This document shows, piece by piece, positions 37,407 through 51,103 of a stretch of 64,000 nt of DNA. The stretch comes from Chrysomallon squamiferum (taxonomy: Eukaryota; Animalia; Mollusca), in the NCBI GenBank assembly GCA_012295275.1, contig CM022672.1, forward strand, positions 7,812,001 through 7,876,000, written 5' to 3'. Each line of letters starts with the position of its first letter. The stretch's first letter is position 1. The notes under the pieces were generated by a model. That model was not told the DNA's origin. It searched no databases and saw only the letters and a list, made by a program, of their open reading frames with translations. A program made the position numbers and the translations under genes.

Positions 37407-40400
37407 ACAACCTGTGTTTTGTTTCTAGTCCCGTGTGTTTGTGAATATTTATTAAAACTGTGTGTTACTCAATGTTTCTCAAGTGTTACTGTTTCAGCTG
37501 CTTGAGTTTTTGTTTTTGTGTTTTTCTACTTGGGAGTTGTGTTAGATGGACAGAAGAAGTATTAAAGACAATTTTTGGAAATGGATTTCCCCTGAGATGA
37601 ATGTGTCATGTTTTGAATGTTGGTACAAAATAGGCTTTGCCTCAGAAAAATAAAAGAATCCCAGAAAACAAACGAAATCTCTAATTTGATTTGTCATACA
37701 AAAATTTTTTCTCAATTTTTTTTTTTTTTTATCATCTTATTTAATGCATAATGTGACAAGTCAGGACTGCATTACTGCCTCACTTAACATTTAGGAAGAC
37801 ACATCTCAGTTTGTGTAGTATGAAGCTGCTTAAACATCAGTAAAATATCTTAAAATTCATCAGTAAATCTTATAATGAATATAATTTATATTTAAAAAAA
37901 AAAAAAAAAAATGGCAATTAAAAAATTGTGCCTATATCAACCTTATTTGATTCTTGAATGGATACATTATTTTTTTTAAAGAAGAATTTCTACACCTAGT
38001 ATTAAGATTTAAAGTGACAAATTCAGTTTGGTCCATTAATACATTAGTTTGATAAAATCCAACCTTTTCACACTTTTAGTCAAAATTACATAATTGCATC
38101 TGAAATTTAGATTATTTGATGCAGATTTTACAAGTGAAGACAAAAATCAGCTCCATTGTGAGATACTGATGAGTATTTACAATTGAAACAGATTCTCTTT
38201 TGTTTGTAAACCAAAAACTTACATGCAGTTTCACTAGTGTGCAAATTACTTTCATCAGTCAGTAGTAGACATCACGTGAAGATAACTATTTAAATCATTT
38301 ACACTTCTTTACATTTATTATTTTTAACTAAGCATATCGTATCTTAGGCCAGATTCAGTCAAAGAGAAGCCCAGTCTTGAAGTAAAATTATTTAAGTTAT
38401 CAAAACTGTTTACAACAGAATTATAATCTTGTTTATTATCTGAATTTTATTAAAGAACTGATGACAAAATACTCAATTTTACACAAACATCTGTAATTTT
38501 AGGTCAGTATAAATTTGGGCAAAGTGTGAAATTAAAATTAATATTTAGATTTAGGGATTGATTATTTCTATCTGATGCTTATTTCCATGCTGAAAGAATT
38601 TACAGTACAGCTTTTGAAAAGAGCTGCTGACAATTGTTTCAACAAATTTCAGTTTTTCAGAATAAACTGTTTCACTGAAACTAGGCTGTAATAGAATAAA
38701 TCTTTCATTTGTTCTCAACTTCTTTAAACTCTCTTTCTTTAAATTCATATTTACCATTATCAGCAAATAATTTTGTCTGAAAGAATCCAAAATAAAGTAA
38801 CCCGGTTGTGTATGCATTGAATTTCTTTTTGTTTTTCCTCCAAGACAAAAAAACAAAACAAAATATATGTAAACTATTATTATTATTTATGTTTGAAATA
38901 TGAAATTACAATCAATAAATCTCATTAGAAATGTGTTTTTGTTGTCCTCTTTTTTAAAATAAAAAATTGGAGTAATAGACAGTTGTTACTTTTAACTGTT
39001 TAGGAGCAAAAAAACCTGCAGATATATTTTTTAGAAAGCTGGAATCATAGAACTTTTCAGATGGTTTGTCATGCACACAATATCTGATTTTTGCTTTGTA
39101 CAAACATTTCTTATACAAGTTTTTGAACAGAAAATCACTCAGAGCTAACCAAGTCATTCCACCCAGTGATTTCAGGTCAAGGCTGTTTGTCTAATATCAA
39201 ACAACAAAGTCCTGACAAATATACATCATTTTCAGTTAATATTGTGTCAATTAGACTGTTTACATTGGATTATCAAAGCATGTGGTATGTAGTATCCTAA
39301 TCTTTGAAAGGAGCTTCTAATACAGAACAATCTACTATACAGTTGTTGCAGGTTTTCTCTCATTATCTGTATACTTGTAAACCTTCAGTTTAATATAACT
39401 ATGTTGAGAACATAGATATATAGATATATTTTTCTTTATTCAATGTCAGATGAAACAACTGATGGATGATAAAGCTAAATATACTGATATATATGCTGTT
39501 AAAATATTTCTTATCTTAGAGAAATTTACATTAAACAAAAACTGTGATGTGTTATTTGTTTTCAAATAATCTGTTAGTAGTATTGACCAAACTGAGGTTC
39601 AGGTTCATATCATTTACTTTGATAGTTTCAAACATCCAAGTTGGGACTGTGCTAAAACACTATTTGGAAATATTAGTATAGGTTATAGCTTCAGATAAAA
39701 GTTTCTTTAAAACAGTTACCATGAAAGCCTGGATATTATATGTCTGAACATGTTGTCAAACCTTTCTTGCATTCATTTTAGAATTAAAATGTAAAATTTG
39801 TGTAGGTAATATTAACTTTATTTATTTGTTTTTATAATTAACAACTGATAATAAGAAACAACTGGATTTGTTAATATATCCAGTTCAATAAAAAAATAAA
39901 ATGTAAAACTTGAGTACGTAAAAATTATTTTTGTTTTTTATTATAATTTTTTTTAGTAACCAGCAATTGATAATTGTTAACAAATTTGATTCAATAAAGT
40001 ATATACGGTGGATTTTTGAGTTTTTAAGTGTATGTTTTATGTTTTTCACTTCAAATAATATTACACCATGTTTTAAAACTGAAGACCTCATAGAAAAGTA
40101 ACTGTCAGTTTAAGAAAATATTAACTAATGATGACTGTTTATATCAAACATAAGATAAATCTGTCACATGTAAAAATTGTAGTTCCTAACATTTACATGA
40201 CTAAACAGATCCTCTGATTTTGTTTTCAAAACAATGGTTTATTTCCTCTACACTTAAATCCAACAAACATATTAGCCTACAAGAACAAAGACCAATAATA
40301 ATAGAATGTTGTTTTGTATATTCATGACTCTCTTTTCATTTGAAATGTTTTACATTCATTCATAGCCTTTTTAAAATAATTAGTTATTTAAATTAAATAT

Positions 40401-40994
40401 ATTTATTATTTCACATTTCTTGATTTCTGGGGTTTTTTGTTATTTTGTTTCTTAATGTAACATGATTTCTATATTTAAAACAAGATAATACAAACTGGGG
40501 TCCAGTAATTGTGGTGTTTGTTAATGGAAGTAGAGAAACAGAACATTTTGTAAGAGAAGGCACGTTAATGAGATGACGAACATTTTTATTTTATGTGGAC
40601 ATGTTTTCACAACCAGCATCTGTGTAAGTGTTATATAAAATTTAAATAAATTAAAATAATCTCTTGAGGCACATAAAATCATCTTTTAGACCAGATATGA
40701 GGTGTCTGAATACATAAACACATTTGTAAATATTTAAGTATTCTTAAAATAAAGCAACAAAAGTTCAAAAACTAAAAAAATGTATTAAAATCATTTTATC
40801 ACAAAAAAGTACACTTGTATAAAAATGACAAAAATGATATAAAATGGAAATCAACTGAAAAGAAATGATCACAACCTAAAATTCTGTTAATTTAGTAAAA
40901 TAATTTTAATTTTATAAATTATTATCCAGAAAATAGCAATGTATGTATTTATATATAAATATATGTACATAAACTATACATATCTACAATTAAT

Positions 40995-43900
40995 TTATAC
41001 AAAAGTAACTAGTTCATCTTTTTTGAAGAGCTCTAACACAACCGGTTTTGGTCTGTTTTCATGCTGTTCTCTTAACACTTTGGGTGTCAAACAAGTATTG
41101 GCAACAGATTTCATGTTCTTCAAATTAAATTTATCTTTAGTACAGTCAGAGTTCATATTTTCCAGGTTTCCTCTGTTCACAGACTGCATGTATTTGTTCA
41201 TGTTTGACTTGTGCATTGAATCATATGGTTCACTGTCGACACTGTTGCTCTGTTCTGAAGTAGGGATGAACTGTGAAGTCTGCCGATGTCTGGCAGATTT
41301 GGCCAGCACAGGAGGTGGTGTCAGTCTTTCAGGAAATGAATGTGTGTCTGTTAAAGTGTTGTCGTATAGTGAATATTTTGGTGAGCCTGTTAATGTGTTG
41401 TCATGTGGTGAGTATTTTGGTGAGCCTGTTAATGTCATGTCAAGACTTTCACTCCTGTGACGTTGATGACGATGTGAAAAATGATCAGGTGACGCAACAT
41501 CTCTGTCCAATTCTGTATGCAATGCATTATGAGAATGAAAACCAAAGCCACTGTCGTAATTCTGCTGTGATAAACGTCTGCATGAACACTTTCTGCCATT
41601 TTCAACATCAGAATTGCATGAATCCACAATAACTGGCCTCATCTGAAAGTACGAGTCTGCTGTTTCCGGTGACGGGAACAAGCCATCAGATGAGAAACTC
41701 TGGTTGGAAAATATAAACTGTGTGCTGTCCTCGGTGAAAGAGTTCCTCATTTCCTCATTATACTGATCACAGTCGTCAACAACACCAAGGGAAGACTTCA
41801 CAGTGTCGCTCTGCATGTACTGAACATCATCAAACAAGTCGCCAGTCGACTGACAGCGAAGCAGCATGCTGTTGTCAGGTTGTCTCCTCAAAAACTCGGG
41901 TATCTCTGGAGGAGGCATGCTCACTCCTCTCTGATCATCCAGTCTCTGATTCTGAGCTCTTGACAGCAGCTCAAATAATCTTTCGTCTGAAAGAAACCAT
42001 TTTAAAAATGATTAAAAATAATTATTTCTACTCCAAATGTAAGCATCATTAAAAAAATGATTTATAACCTGGATTTTTTTTTTTTTTATATACTAGATAG
42101 CATAAATAGATGATAAATATAAAAGATGATTACTAAAGAATGAAATTTATACAAATAACTGAATATAAGCTTTATAACAATGGAATAAATATCAATTCTA
42201 AATAAAATTTCATAACAAAATGGAAGAGATATCTTTTCATCATTTTAAAAAAAAAAAAAGTAAAAACCCCCAAACTTAATAATTTAAAAATATTTACAAG
42301 TAATAATTTACCTTCTGAATTTCTTCTCCTGTAACGAGCATCAGTCTGTTGGGGAGCAACTGTCACTTTGACCTTTGCCCTCGGCTTGGCTTCTTTTTTG
42401 CCCAGTGAGTCTCTTCTCAGAAGGCCGAATAAGCCGGATAAGCGATGCTCTTCTTGGTTTTTCTTTAAAACAAAACACAAAAAAAAATTAATTAAAAAAT
42501 AATAATTTCAATAGCTTAAAAAACAGTAATTATTAGTTCAATCAGTGGTGTTTGATACTGAAATTATTTAGTATGACTAGTATAGTGCTGCATAAGTTGT
42601 ACATGTTTTTAAACACATGCTGTAAAGTATTAGTCGTAAAATGTTAATATTACATGTGGTCTAAAATAACATGAAATGTGTGCATTATTATTCAACACAG
42701 AAAAATGAAGAGAAAGAAGAAAGAGAAAGAAGGGATAATGTTAAAAGAAAAAGGAATTTTTGAATGGAAGTATACATTTATCATCCATTATTTATATAAT
42801 TCACCCACCTATCATATTGCTATGAACATTCACACACCTTGCACATGCATGCATGCACACAGTGTTATTACAGTAATTTATTTTACAAATATCTTTTTTT
42901 CTAGTTATCAATCAAGTGCGTTATTTTTGTATCATATGGAACTCTTGGCTGTATACAGTTTCAGTAAAATAACACAATTCATTACTGAATATATTTATAT
43001 TTAATTCTGCATTGGTTTAACCAATCTGTTAGCAGTAATCTGATATTCAATAATAAAAGGATAATAACAGCTTGCATGTTTTCTGATATTCAGGAATAAA
43101 GATAAAAATAGCCCATGTAAATGTTTCTCTAGTTTCACAGGTAATATTAAATAATCTAGTTTTTAGACTAAAACAAAGTGACTGAACACAAAACAACAGC
43201 GTGAAAACACGAGCTGAGACAAACAAGCACTCCACAACATCACTACAAGCAAAAGTCTGGCTGTAAATGTGTGGATCATGATCACTTTACATAAACTAAA
43301 CCTATGTTTTTTTTAAAACTGTGTCAGGTTATATTGGTAAATTATCATTCTTTAATAATAATTTTGTGTGTGTGTGTGTAAAATGTTATGAAGATATCTG
43401 GAAGCAGACATTTCTTATTTTGCATATAAAAAAAATATGTAAACATTACATTTGCTTTATAGTAATTTGGTGTAAAATATTTTTAATATGCATCTGCAAA
43501 TGTATTATTTCTAAATGAAAATGTTTTTTTTTATTATTTTGTTATATATATTTTTGTTATTTAGTATGATTTAAACAATGTTGATATTCAACTGAAGAAA
43601 TAAACTGTGTTAGTAGAATTCTGTGTAAATTTGTTTAAACTGTAAGACTATAAGACAAAGACTCTGTTCATGATCCACACAGTGTATACCAGCCAACTTC
43701 TTACCTTCTGCCTGTTTAACTCGACAATTCCAAGCTCATCGAAACTATGAGCAATTTCTGATTTGCCTTTCATCAAGTCATCGAAAATGCGATTAGTAAT
43801 TTCATCGAGAGATGCTGTCAGCTTAACACTAACTGTCCCGAATTTGTGCTTACCACTAGCTGGTAGTGGCGGAGGTTTGGAAGATGTTGCCATGGCAACA

Positions 43901-46900
43901 CGGCGACTGGCTTCACCATGGCCACCCCTTTCTGTTAGACAAACAAGGAAACATGCAGGGCCATTAAATGTTTTTTTTTTTTTACTTTTTTTTTTAAATC
44001 ATGCAATGAGGATGACGCTGTTGAAAATGATGAGAATGAAGAAAGAAAATACATCAGAGATAAACTAAATTTAAAAAGAAGAAAACATGCAGCATTTAAA
44101 TTTTCATGCTGTAGTAATTAGGTCAAACATTAATTAATATTTGAGAATTTGAAACCATGCAAAACAATCCCCAAAACAAAAATTAAAACATGCGAGAAAA
44201 TTAAGCTTGGATTAAACTGTTCAGCTGAGAGGCAAGCATGCAACCAGACAAACATCAAAAGAAACAAAGTTTTTTCAGTATCTCTTCTTTAAGTAAAATT
44301 AAAATGTGAGTTCAGTTACTGCTAAGATATATACTTTATATATAAAATATTCCTGTTTATTCTTGTTAGTGGTAGTGAAACAAAACAATTATAACTTTAA
44401 AATTCTATTAAATTTTGTATATCTGTTACATATGTTTTACTGTTTGTCAAAAATAAATAAATGTATATCAAAAACAAATAATAGATAACACTAAGAAAAA
44501 AATTGAAAAAAAACCATGAGTTATTAAAATTAATTAATAGAAGGTTATTTTTATTTCATCATCATAAAACAAATTTGTTCTTTTAACATGCCAAGATAAT
44601 GATTTGAATATCAATTGTGAATAATCTGAAATATCTGTCTTATTATTTACAATAAGATCTTTTATCTTTTAGAAAACTCAGTATGTACAAGATTATGTCA
44701 AGTCAAATAAAATGTTTTTAGCACATTAAATGTACAGAATTTAACTGCTGCTTTATGAAGAATAAGAAGAAATAAACCTCGTGATTATTATATAAGATAA
44801 CAACAGTAATTAAACAAGATAAATGTTTGTTAAGTTTAAAGTGAGTGGCATTGGCTGAAGCAGTCACTGGCAAATTGCATGGGAATGGAACAATATATTC
44901 AAAGTACAGAACCAAACCAAACAAACAAATTTCTGAAACTTTAGTGAAATTAAATTTGGGAGAATAAGGGAATCCAGTAATGCTAATGTATTTCACATGA
45001 AGCTTTTCCTTCCATGGAATCTGTATAAAGACAGCTGCTAAACCGAAACAGTATTTAAAATGCAAATAAAACAAAACTGACACATTCCTAGAAGTCCACT
45101 GTCAGCATGGTAAAAACAATTATCCTTTTCTTATTTTTAAAATAATATAGTTTAGTTTCTTTTCTTTCTTTTTTAAAAACTAACAAAGCAATGAACAAGT
45201 TATTTCTATCATATGATTTTCAGTGTAAAGTTCATGGTATGAATGTTTATGTGAAATGAATTTAATGAAGACCATTCCTAGAAGATTGTTTAAACCAAGC
45301 AAGATTTGTTACAAAGCTCTGATAGTATGCAGTGAACAAAAAAAAAAAGAAGAAAAAAAAAGAACAGATGTTAATAAAAAAAAAAAAAAAATCAACCAAT
45401 AACCCGAATTAGAAATCAGTGAATTAATAGTATCTTAAAATATTTTGTCATTTGATGTACAATATATGAATAATCATTTGTGGTTTAAACTGAATTAATG
45501 ATGTCTGAAACATTCTGTCATTTGAAGTGTGAAAAATTTATTTATTTTGGGTTTAAATCAAATAATTAAAAAGCTGAGAATCAACTGTAGATAATTAAAT
45601 TGATAAAAATATAAAAAATATATTAGTGGACTAATTATTAGTGTTAAATTGCTCAGATAATTATTTTGCCCACTAAACTAGAAAATTTTCTTTATTTTAG
45701 GAAGTAGAAGCAGATGACAGGTTAAAGTATTTTTAATCGAATGAATATCTAAAGTTCAAAGCTGGTGTGGAATAGCAGCAAATGAATGTAAATACAATAT
45801 ATGTTAAATTTAAAGTATTTTAAGTTGTTAATTTATGTTTACTTTTTAAAAGATTGATGAAACCACTTTATAACACTGAGAAGAAAAAAAAGGTTAAATC
45901 CCCAAATGTATTACGTGTTATGTGAAAAGTCTTACCACCCTGACATGAAATTGTGTTATAAAGGCAGTTTAGATAAAAGCTCAAATAAAGTGCTTTCTAA
46001 AGTTAATCTATAAATACATTCTAATGAAATACTATATTAACAGTAGTTTAAAATAATACATCAAGACTGATACATAAATTTACTTCATAAAAATATTACT
46101 TTCTGAATGAGAATTTATTTTAAAATTTGTAATAAAGAACTGTTCAACACAGAATCTGATATTTTTTGACAAACACAAAAAATGACATTATGTAATGGAA
46201 AAAGAAATCTTTAGAATCGCAAGAAATGGAAACCCATTCATTAAGTTATTCCATGTTTATCAAGATTAACATTATAATTCAAATAAAGAGCGAGGAACCA
46301 AAAATTAAAAATTAAAATTTAAATAAAAAATCACAACCCAAAATTTATTTTAAAAATTTAAATTTAAATTTTATTTAATGCCAAATCAAAATTGTTTTAC
46401 AAGTGTACATTTTACAATAAAAATAAATAATTATTTCAGTTTTTTTCCCCTAAATCAGCACAGTGGGACTGAATTTACAAAGTGTATACATATCTGAGGA
46501 TAATCAGTGAATGTTTTATACAGACTACTGAAACAAGAGACAATAATGCTGTACAAACAGTACAGACTGCGATACTGTAAAGACAATAAAACTCTGTATA
46601 AAACTGCAGAGACTGTAAAACTGAACAGAACTGTAAAGACACTAAAGCTGTGTGTGAGACAGAAAGTTGTCTTACCACTTGTCTCATCCCTAGTTACAAT
46701 GACCACTCTCTGATTGTCTATGTCAGACACTGGTGTCTCAGAATCCAGGTAGCCGTCTAATCCGGCCTGAAAAATACAAATATTTACAATGATTTCACAG
46801 AATACAGTAACAGCACAGCGAAGACATTATTTGACTTCAGTGTGAAAACTATACTGCCAGAATGTTTTATTTTTGTAAATTGTGCTAACCAAAACATATA

Positions 46901-49900
46901 TGGAAAAGTATTGATGAAAACAGAAATATATAGATAATAAAAGAAATAAAATAAGTCAAGAAAAAAAAAAAACAAAAAAAAACATCTCTCAGTAATAACA
47001 TTTACTTTAATGCCACATTCTTAAAATCCTGACATATTTTTATTGTTTTATTAATCAAATATATCAATATATTTGTTTCTAATACTAAACAACAATGTGC
47101 TTTTAATGTGGCTGGAAATGCAGATCTGCACTGATGTTATGACTGAGCATTTTCTGAATAATTTTCAGAGAAGACGATTTTATTCTCTGTGAAATGAAAT
47201 TGACTTACGAGTTGTATGTAGATGCTGTCTATTCTGTAACCGTACTTGTTGAGTATCGGCTTGAACACATCTCGTATTGATCTGTTAGGTTTGGCCTTGA
47301 CTCCAATAGACTTCTTGTTAGGCAGGTCCATGCGGAACAGTACTCTTCTCTCTATCACAACTTCCTTCGATCCCAGAGTGGACACATCATCACCCAGGTC
47401 CAGTGGCTACAACAGTTAACATTATTCATATAGTAAAGATGTATGCTCACACATATAATTATATTAATAGTAGCATTTGTTTGTCACTCCTGGATCCAAA
47501 ACAAAAAACATCAGAGTAACTTACTACCAGTATTAAAATATTTTCATGAATGAATGAAAATGAAAAAGTGAAAAAAATGCTGATAGCAAGCACTGTGAAT
47601 TATGCTTAATGCCTTCATTCACATCTTAACTGGATTAAAATGTTGGTTGGTTTTAATTAATTGATGGATGATAGTCATCAGTATATAAAATTAAAATATA
47701 TAATTATTCTGGATATAACATTTAACTGTCCACCAAATATAATTTTAACGGCTCAGAAATTTATTGTTTGTTTAAAATTATAGCTATAAAAATTTTAAAA
47801 GTGTGAAATCAATATTAACCTTGTCAGCGCCAAGCATGAACACATCGACTGCAGCAATGGAAAGTCCTCGTTTTTCACAGAGTTTGCCGAGCACAGCCCG
47901 GATACTCTGACCTGGCTTGGCACACACAACAGTGGTCGAACCATCGGGAAGAACAACTCTACAGAACTTAAACTGACCTTCATTGACATCTCGCATTTCC
48001 TAAAAATACACATAATTATGTCATAAATCAAATATAAAAATATAACCAACAAATATATAAAATACATCATAAATATTTATCAGTGCATAAACATCAATTA
48101 CTTTTTCAAAAGTTATAGCCTTCTTCTTCGCTAACTACCGTTCACAATTTATTAAACTTTTTAACACAAACACTTTCTGCAGATATTTATATACAATAAT
48201 TAATAGCACTTGTTATGACAAAAACAAAACATCTAGATGTAAGTAAGTTTTATTTTACATTATCATTTTTTTAGAGGATATTTTGAACAATGAAACTAAC
48301 CTCCTTGGTCTGGAAGACCTCTTTTCTCATTGTACTAAGGTCGATGCCAGGACCTGGGGGTTTCTTTGAGTTGTTGTTTACTTCCTTGCCTGATCTCCTC
48401 ACTTCCTTCCCCAGCACTTTGAGTTCAGAGTCGGATGCCGCCTTCAAGCTTTGCTTGTTTTTGTCTGTCAATTAAAATTAATTAATTAAAATACATTACT
48501 CAACTATTACCTAACAGTAACCCTGTTTTCCTTTGATACATTGGATAGCTTCTAACCAAATGATTTTACATGTCTGTTCAAGGAAATCTACTACTGTTTT
48601 TACTTGTATTATTTTTCAGTATACCATCTGAAGCTAACTGTATTACTATAAGAGTCAGCTAAATTTAGCCTACTTATTTTTTTAGCGTTTAATTATATTC
48701 AAGAAATTGAAGATGAGTATGTTTTAAAATTAATTTAAATCAATAAAAGAAAACAAAATCTGATGTTAAACTTACTTTGTCGCCAAGGAAGCAATGAACG
48801 CCTTCTTTTCTCGTTTTCCTTCCCTTTGCCGTTCTGCAAGAAAACAAAACAAAAATAAAACATGGCCAATAAATCAATGGCAGAATCCATTCCAGCTGGG
48901 AGAGGTTGGGACAAGACTTGAATTTGTTCAAACAACTTTCTCCACAACAACTACTACTGGGAAACAAAAACAACTTTCTTTAGGCCTGAAATAATAAAAA
49001 GAAAAAAAAAAAAAAAAGAAAGAAAGAAAAAAGATCTTTACCACCTGTTTTTTTTTTAAATAAATAAATATGTTCTTCAACTTTCAAATTTTCACTATCT
49101 AAAAAACAAAACAAAACAAAAAAAAACAGGGAAAGAAAAATAGATCTTCCTTTACTTTTTTCTCTGAATAAAAAAGAAATCTTCTATAAACCTCTTTTTC
49201 TTTTTTCTTTAAAATCTGAAGCCACAATCCAAAAAACATAGAAACCAAGTGATAAATTTAACAAAAAAATAAAAGAAAAGAAGAAGAGATGAAATTAAAC
49301 CTTTTTACACACAAATATATTTAAAATCACTAAAGAGTTTCCTGGAATAAATTACCACTTCTTTAGCTGCACAAATTGTTTTGTATTTTGATAAAAGATG
49401 TTTATTTTTGCATTATTCTTTTCTGTTTTTCACACCAACATTTGAAGAACATTTCAGACCAACAATCCTTGAAAAACATTTCAGACCAACAATCCCTGAA
49501 GAACATATTCAGACAAACAATCCTTGAAGAACATTTTCAGCTCAGAAATACTTAACCAACCAAATCAAGAAATTAAATGTTTTGACAACCGTAAATTACC
49601 AGATCAAACAAGAACCTAACGGATCAATTTGGACAAACTAACAAAATGTTAAAAAAAAGAAGAGAGAAACCAGCTGGATGGATTGACTGCCAGAAACAAA
49701 TACTCACTGAAATTTTTCAAAGAAAAAGCTTTCAAGGATCGTAGAAGAAAAGAGATGGGTCTCTTTACTACCTTGCTTTTCTCCTTGTCAGTGACTATGA
49801 GGTCAGGCTGAGGCAGACACAATGGCTGGCCTTCCATTTCTCTCATCAAGTAGATCTTGTAGAGGTCTGACTTGAGAAATCTCACATAGCTGTCCTGTTT

Positions 49901-51063
49901 CATTAGCTGGTGGATCTGAAAACCAAACCATTTCACATTTATGGAAGGAAAAAAGAACTGTTTTACTGAGACATTCAATTTACTGTAGTAGTCTACCAGT
50001 TACATTTTACATATGGAAACAGATCAGACAAAGTGTGAGGACTGCTGCTGTAAGTTGATGATGTAGCACTTTTTCAGAAAGCCTTCAAGCAAACAAGTGG
50101 TATAGTTCTGGCTGGATTGTTTAATAACAAATTGTAATAAAACTAATTTTTATCTGGATGATAATGTATCAATGAGTGTTTGAATGATACATGTCATGTA
50201 ATTATTTACTGGACTTTATTATGGGCATTATGCACTTAGAGTCAAATAATATATACATATAAACTCCATACATATACAAAATCAGGTACTTACATGCAAC
50301 TGAGCCATGTCAAACATGATGGATGTGGGGTTATCCATATATTTCTCTGCCTGGTGACGAGATGAGCTGTCCACATTTACAGGGTCAGGGGCCTTGGCAG
50401 AAAGATGTCGATTGTAAATCTCTTTTGCTTTACTTTTTTTCTGTAATCACAAAGAAAGACATTTTTAAAATGAGATAAAAAAAAATATATATATATATAT
50501 TATTTAATAATTAATAACATTCATAAGCAGTCTGAACCATTATAACTTTATTTATAATATTTGTAATACCTGTAACACATTTTTATTACTTTTTTATTAA
50601 TTAAACGAAACAAGTTTTTCGATAAAGATTAACAAGTTTAAACATGCTTTCAGAAATAAATAAAAACACATCAATTAGAGAGATGGCTAGCAGTGAGTAA
50701 GAACATGACCAAATGGAATGGGTGTAGCGAACAGACCAGGTGGCAGTTAAGATGACAATCTATTTAACACTGAGGACTAGTTTATTGTATGTCCATTATT
50801 TTACTATTTACTTAACACAATAGCAACTCATGTAGGCGTTAAATTTGATGATTCTAAATGAGAAGACATGGCATGCAGCAGAACATTATGACACCAGAAA
50901 TAATTTTAATAACACATGATATCTCCCACTGAGCAATAAATCTGAAATCAGATCTACACTATACAAAAACTTTAACTGAATGAACAAAACCAAGCCATTA
51001 CTGAATGAGAATAAATGTCTTTCTGTTCATTTACTAATGGGTTAAAAATATGTTTGGAAAGTA

Positions 51064-51103
<40 letters not shown>

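Noticed and set aside
44005-44230. Neural microexon inside the Rbfox cluster
   Set aside because: Acceptor-like sites exist, but I found no good frame-preserving GT donor downstream of them.
49444-49540. CRISPR-like appearance of the 27-bp repeats
   Set aside because: Head-to-tail minisatellite without unique spacers, inside a eukaryotic intron, with no cas genes.
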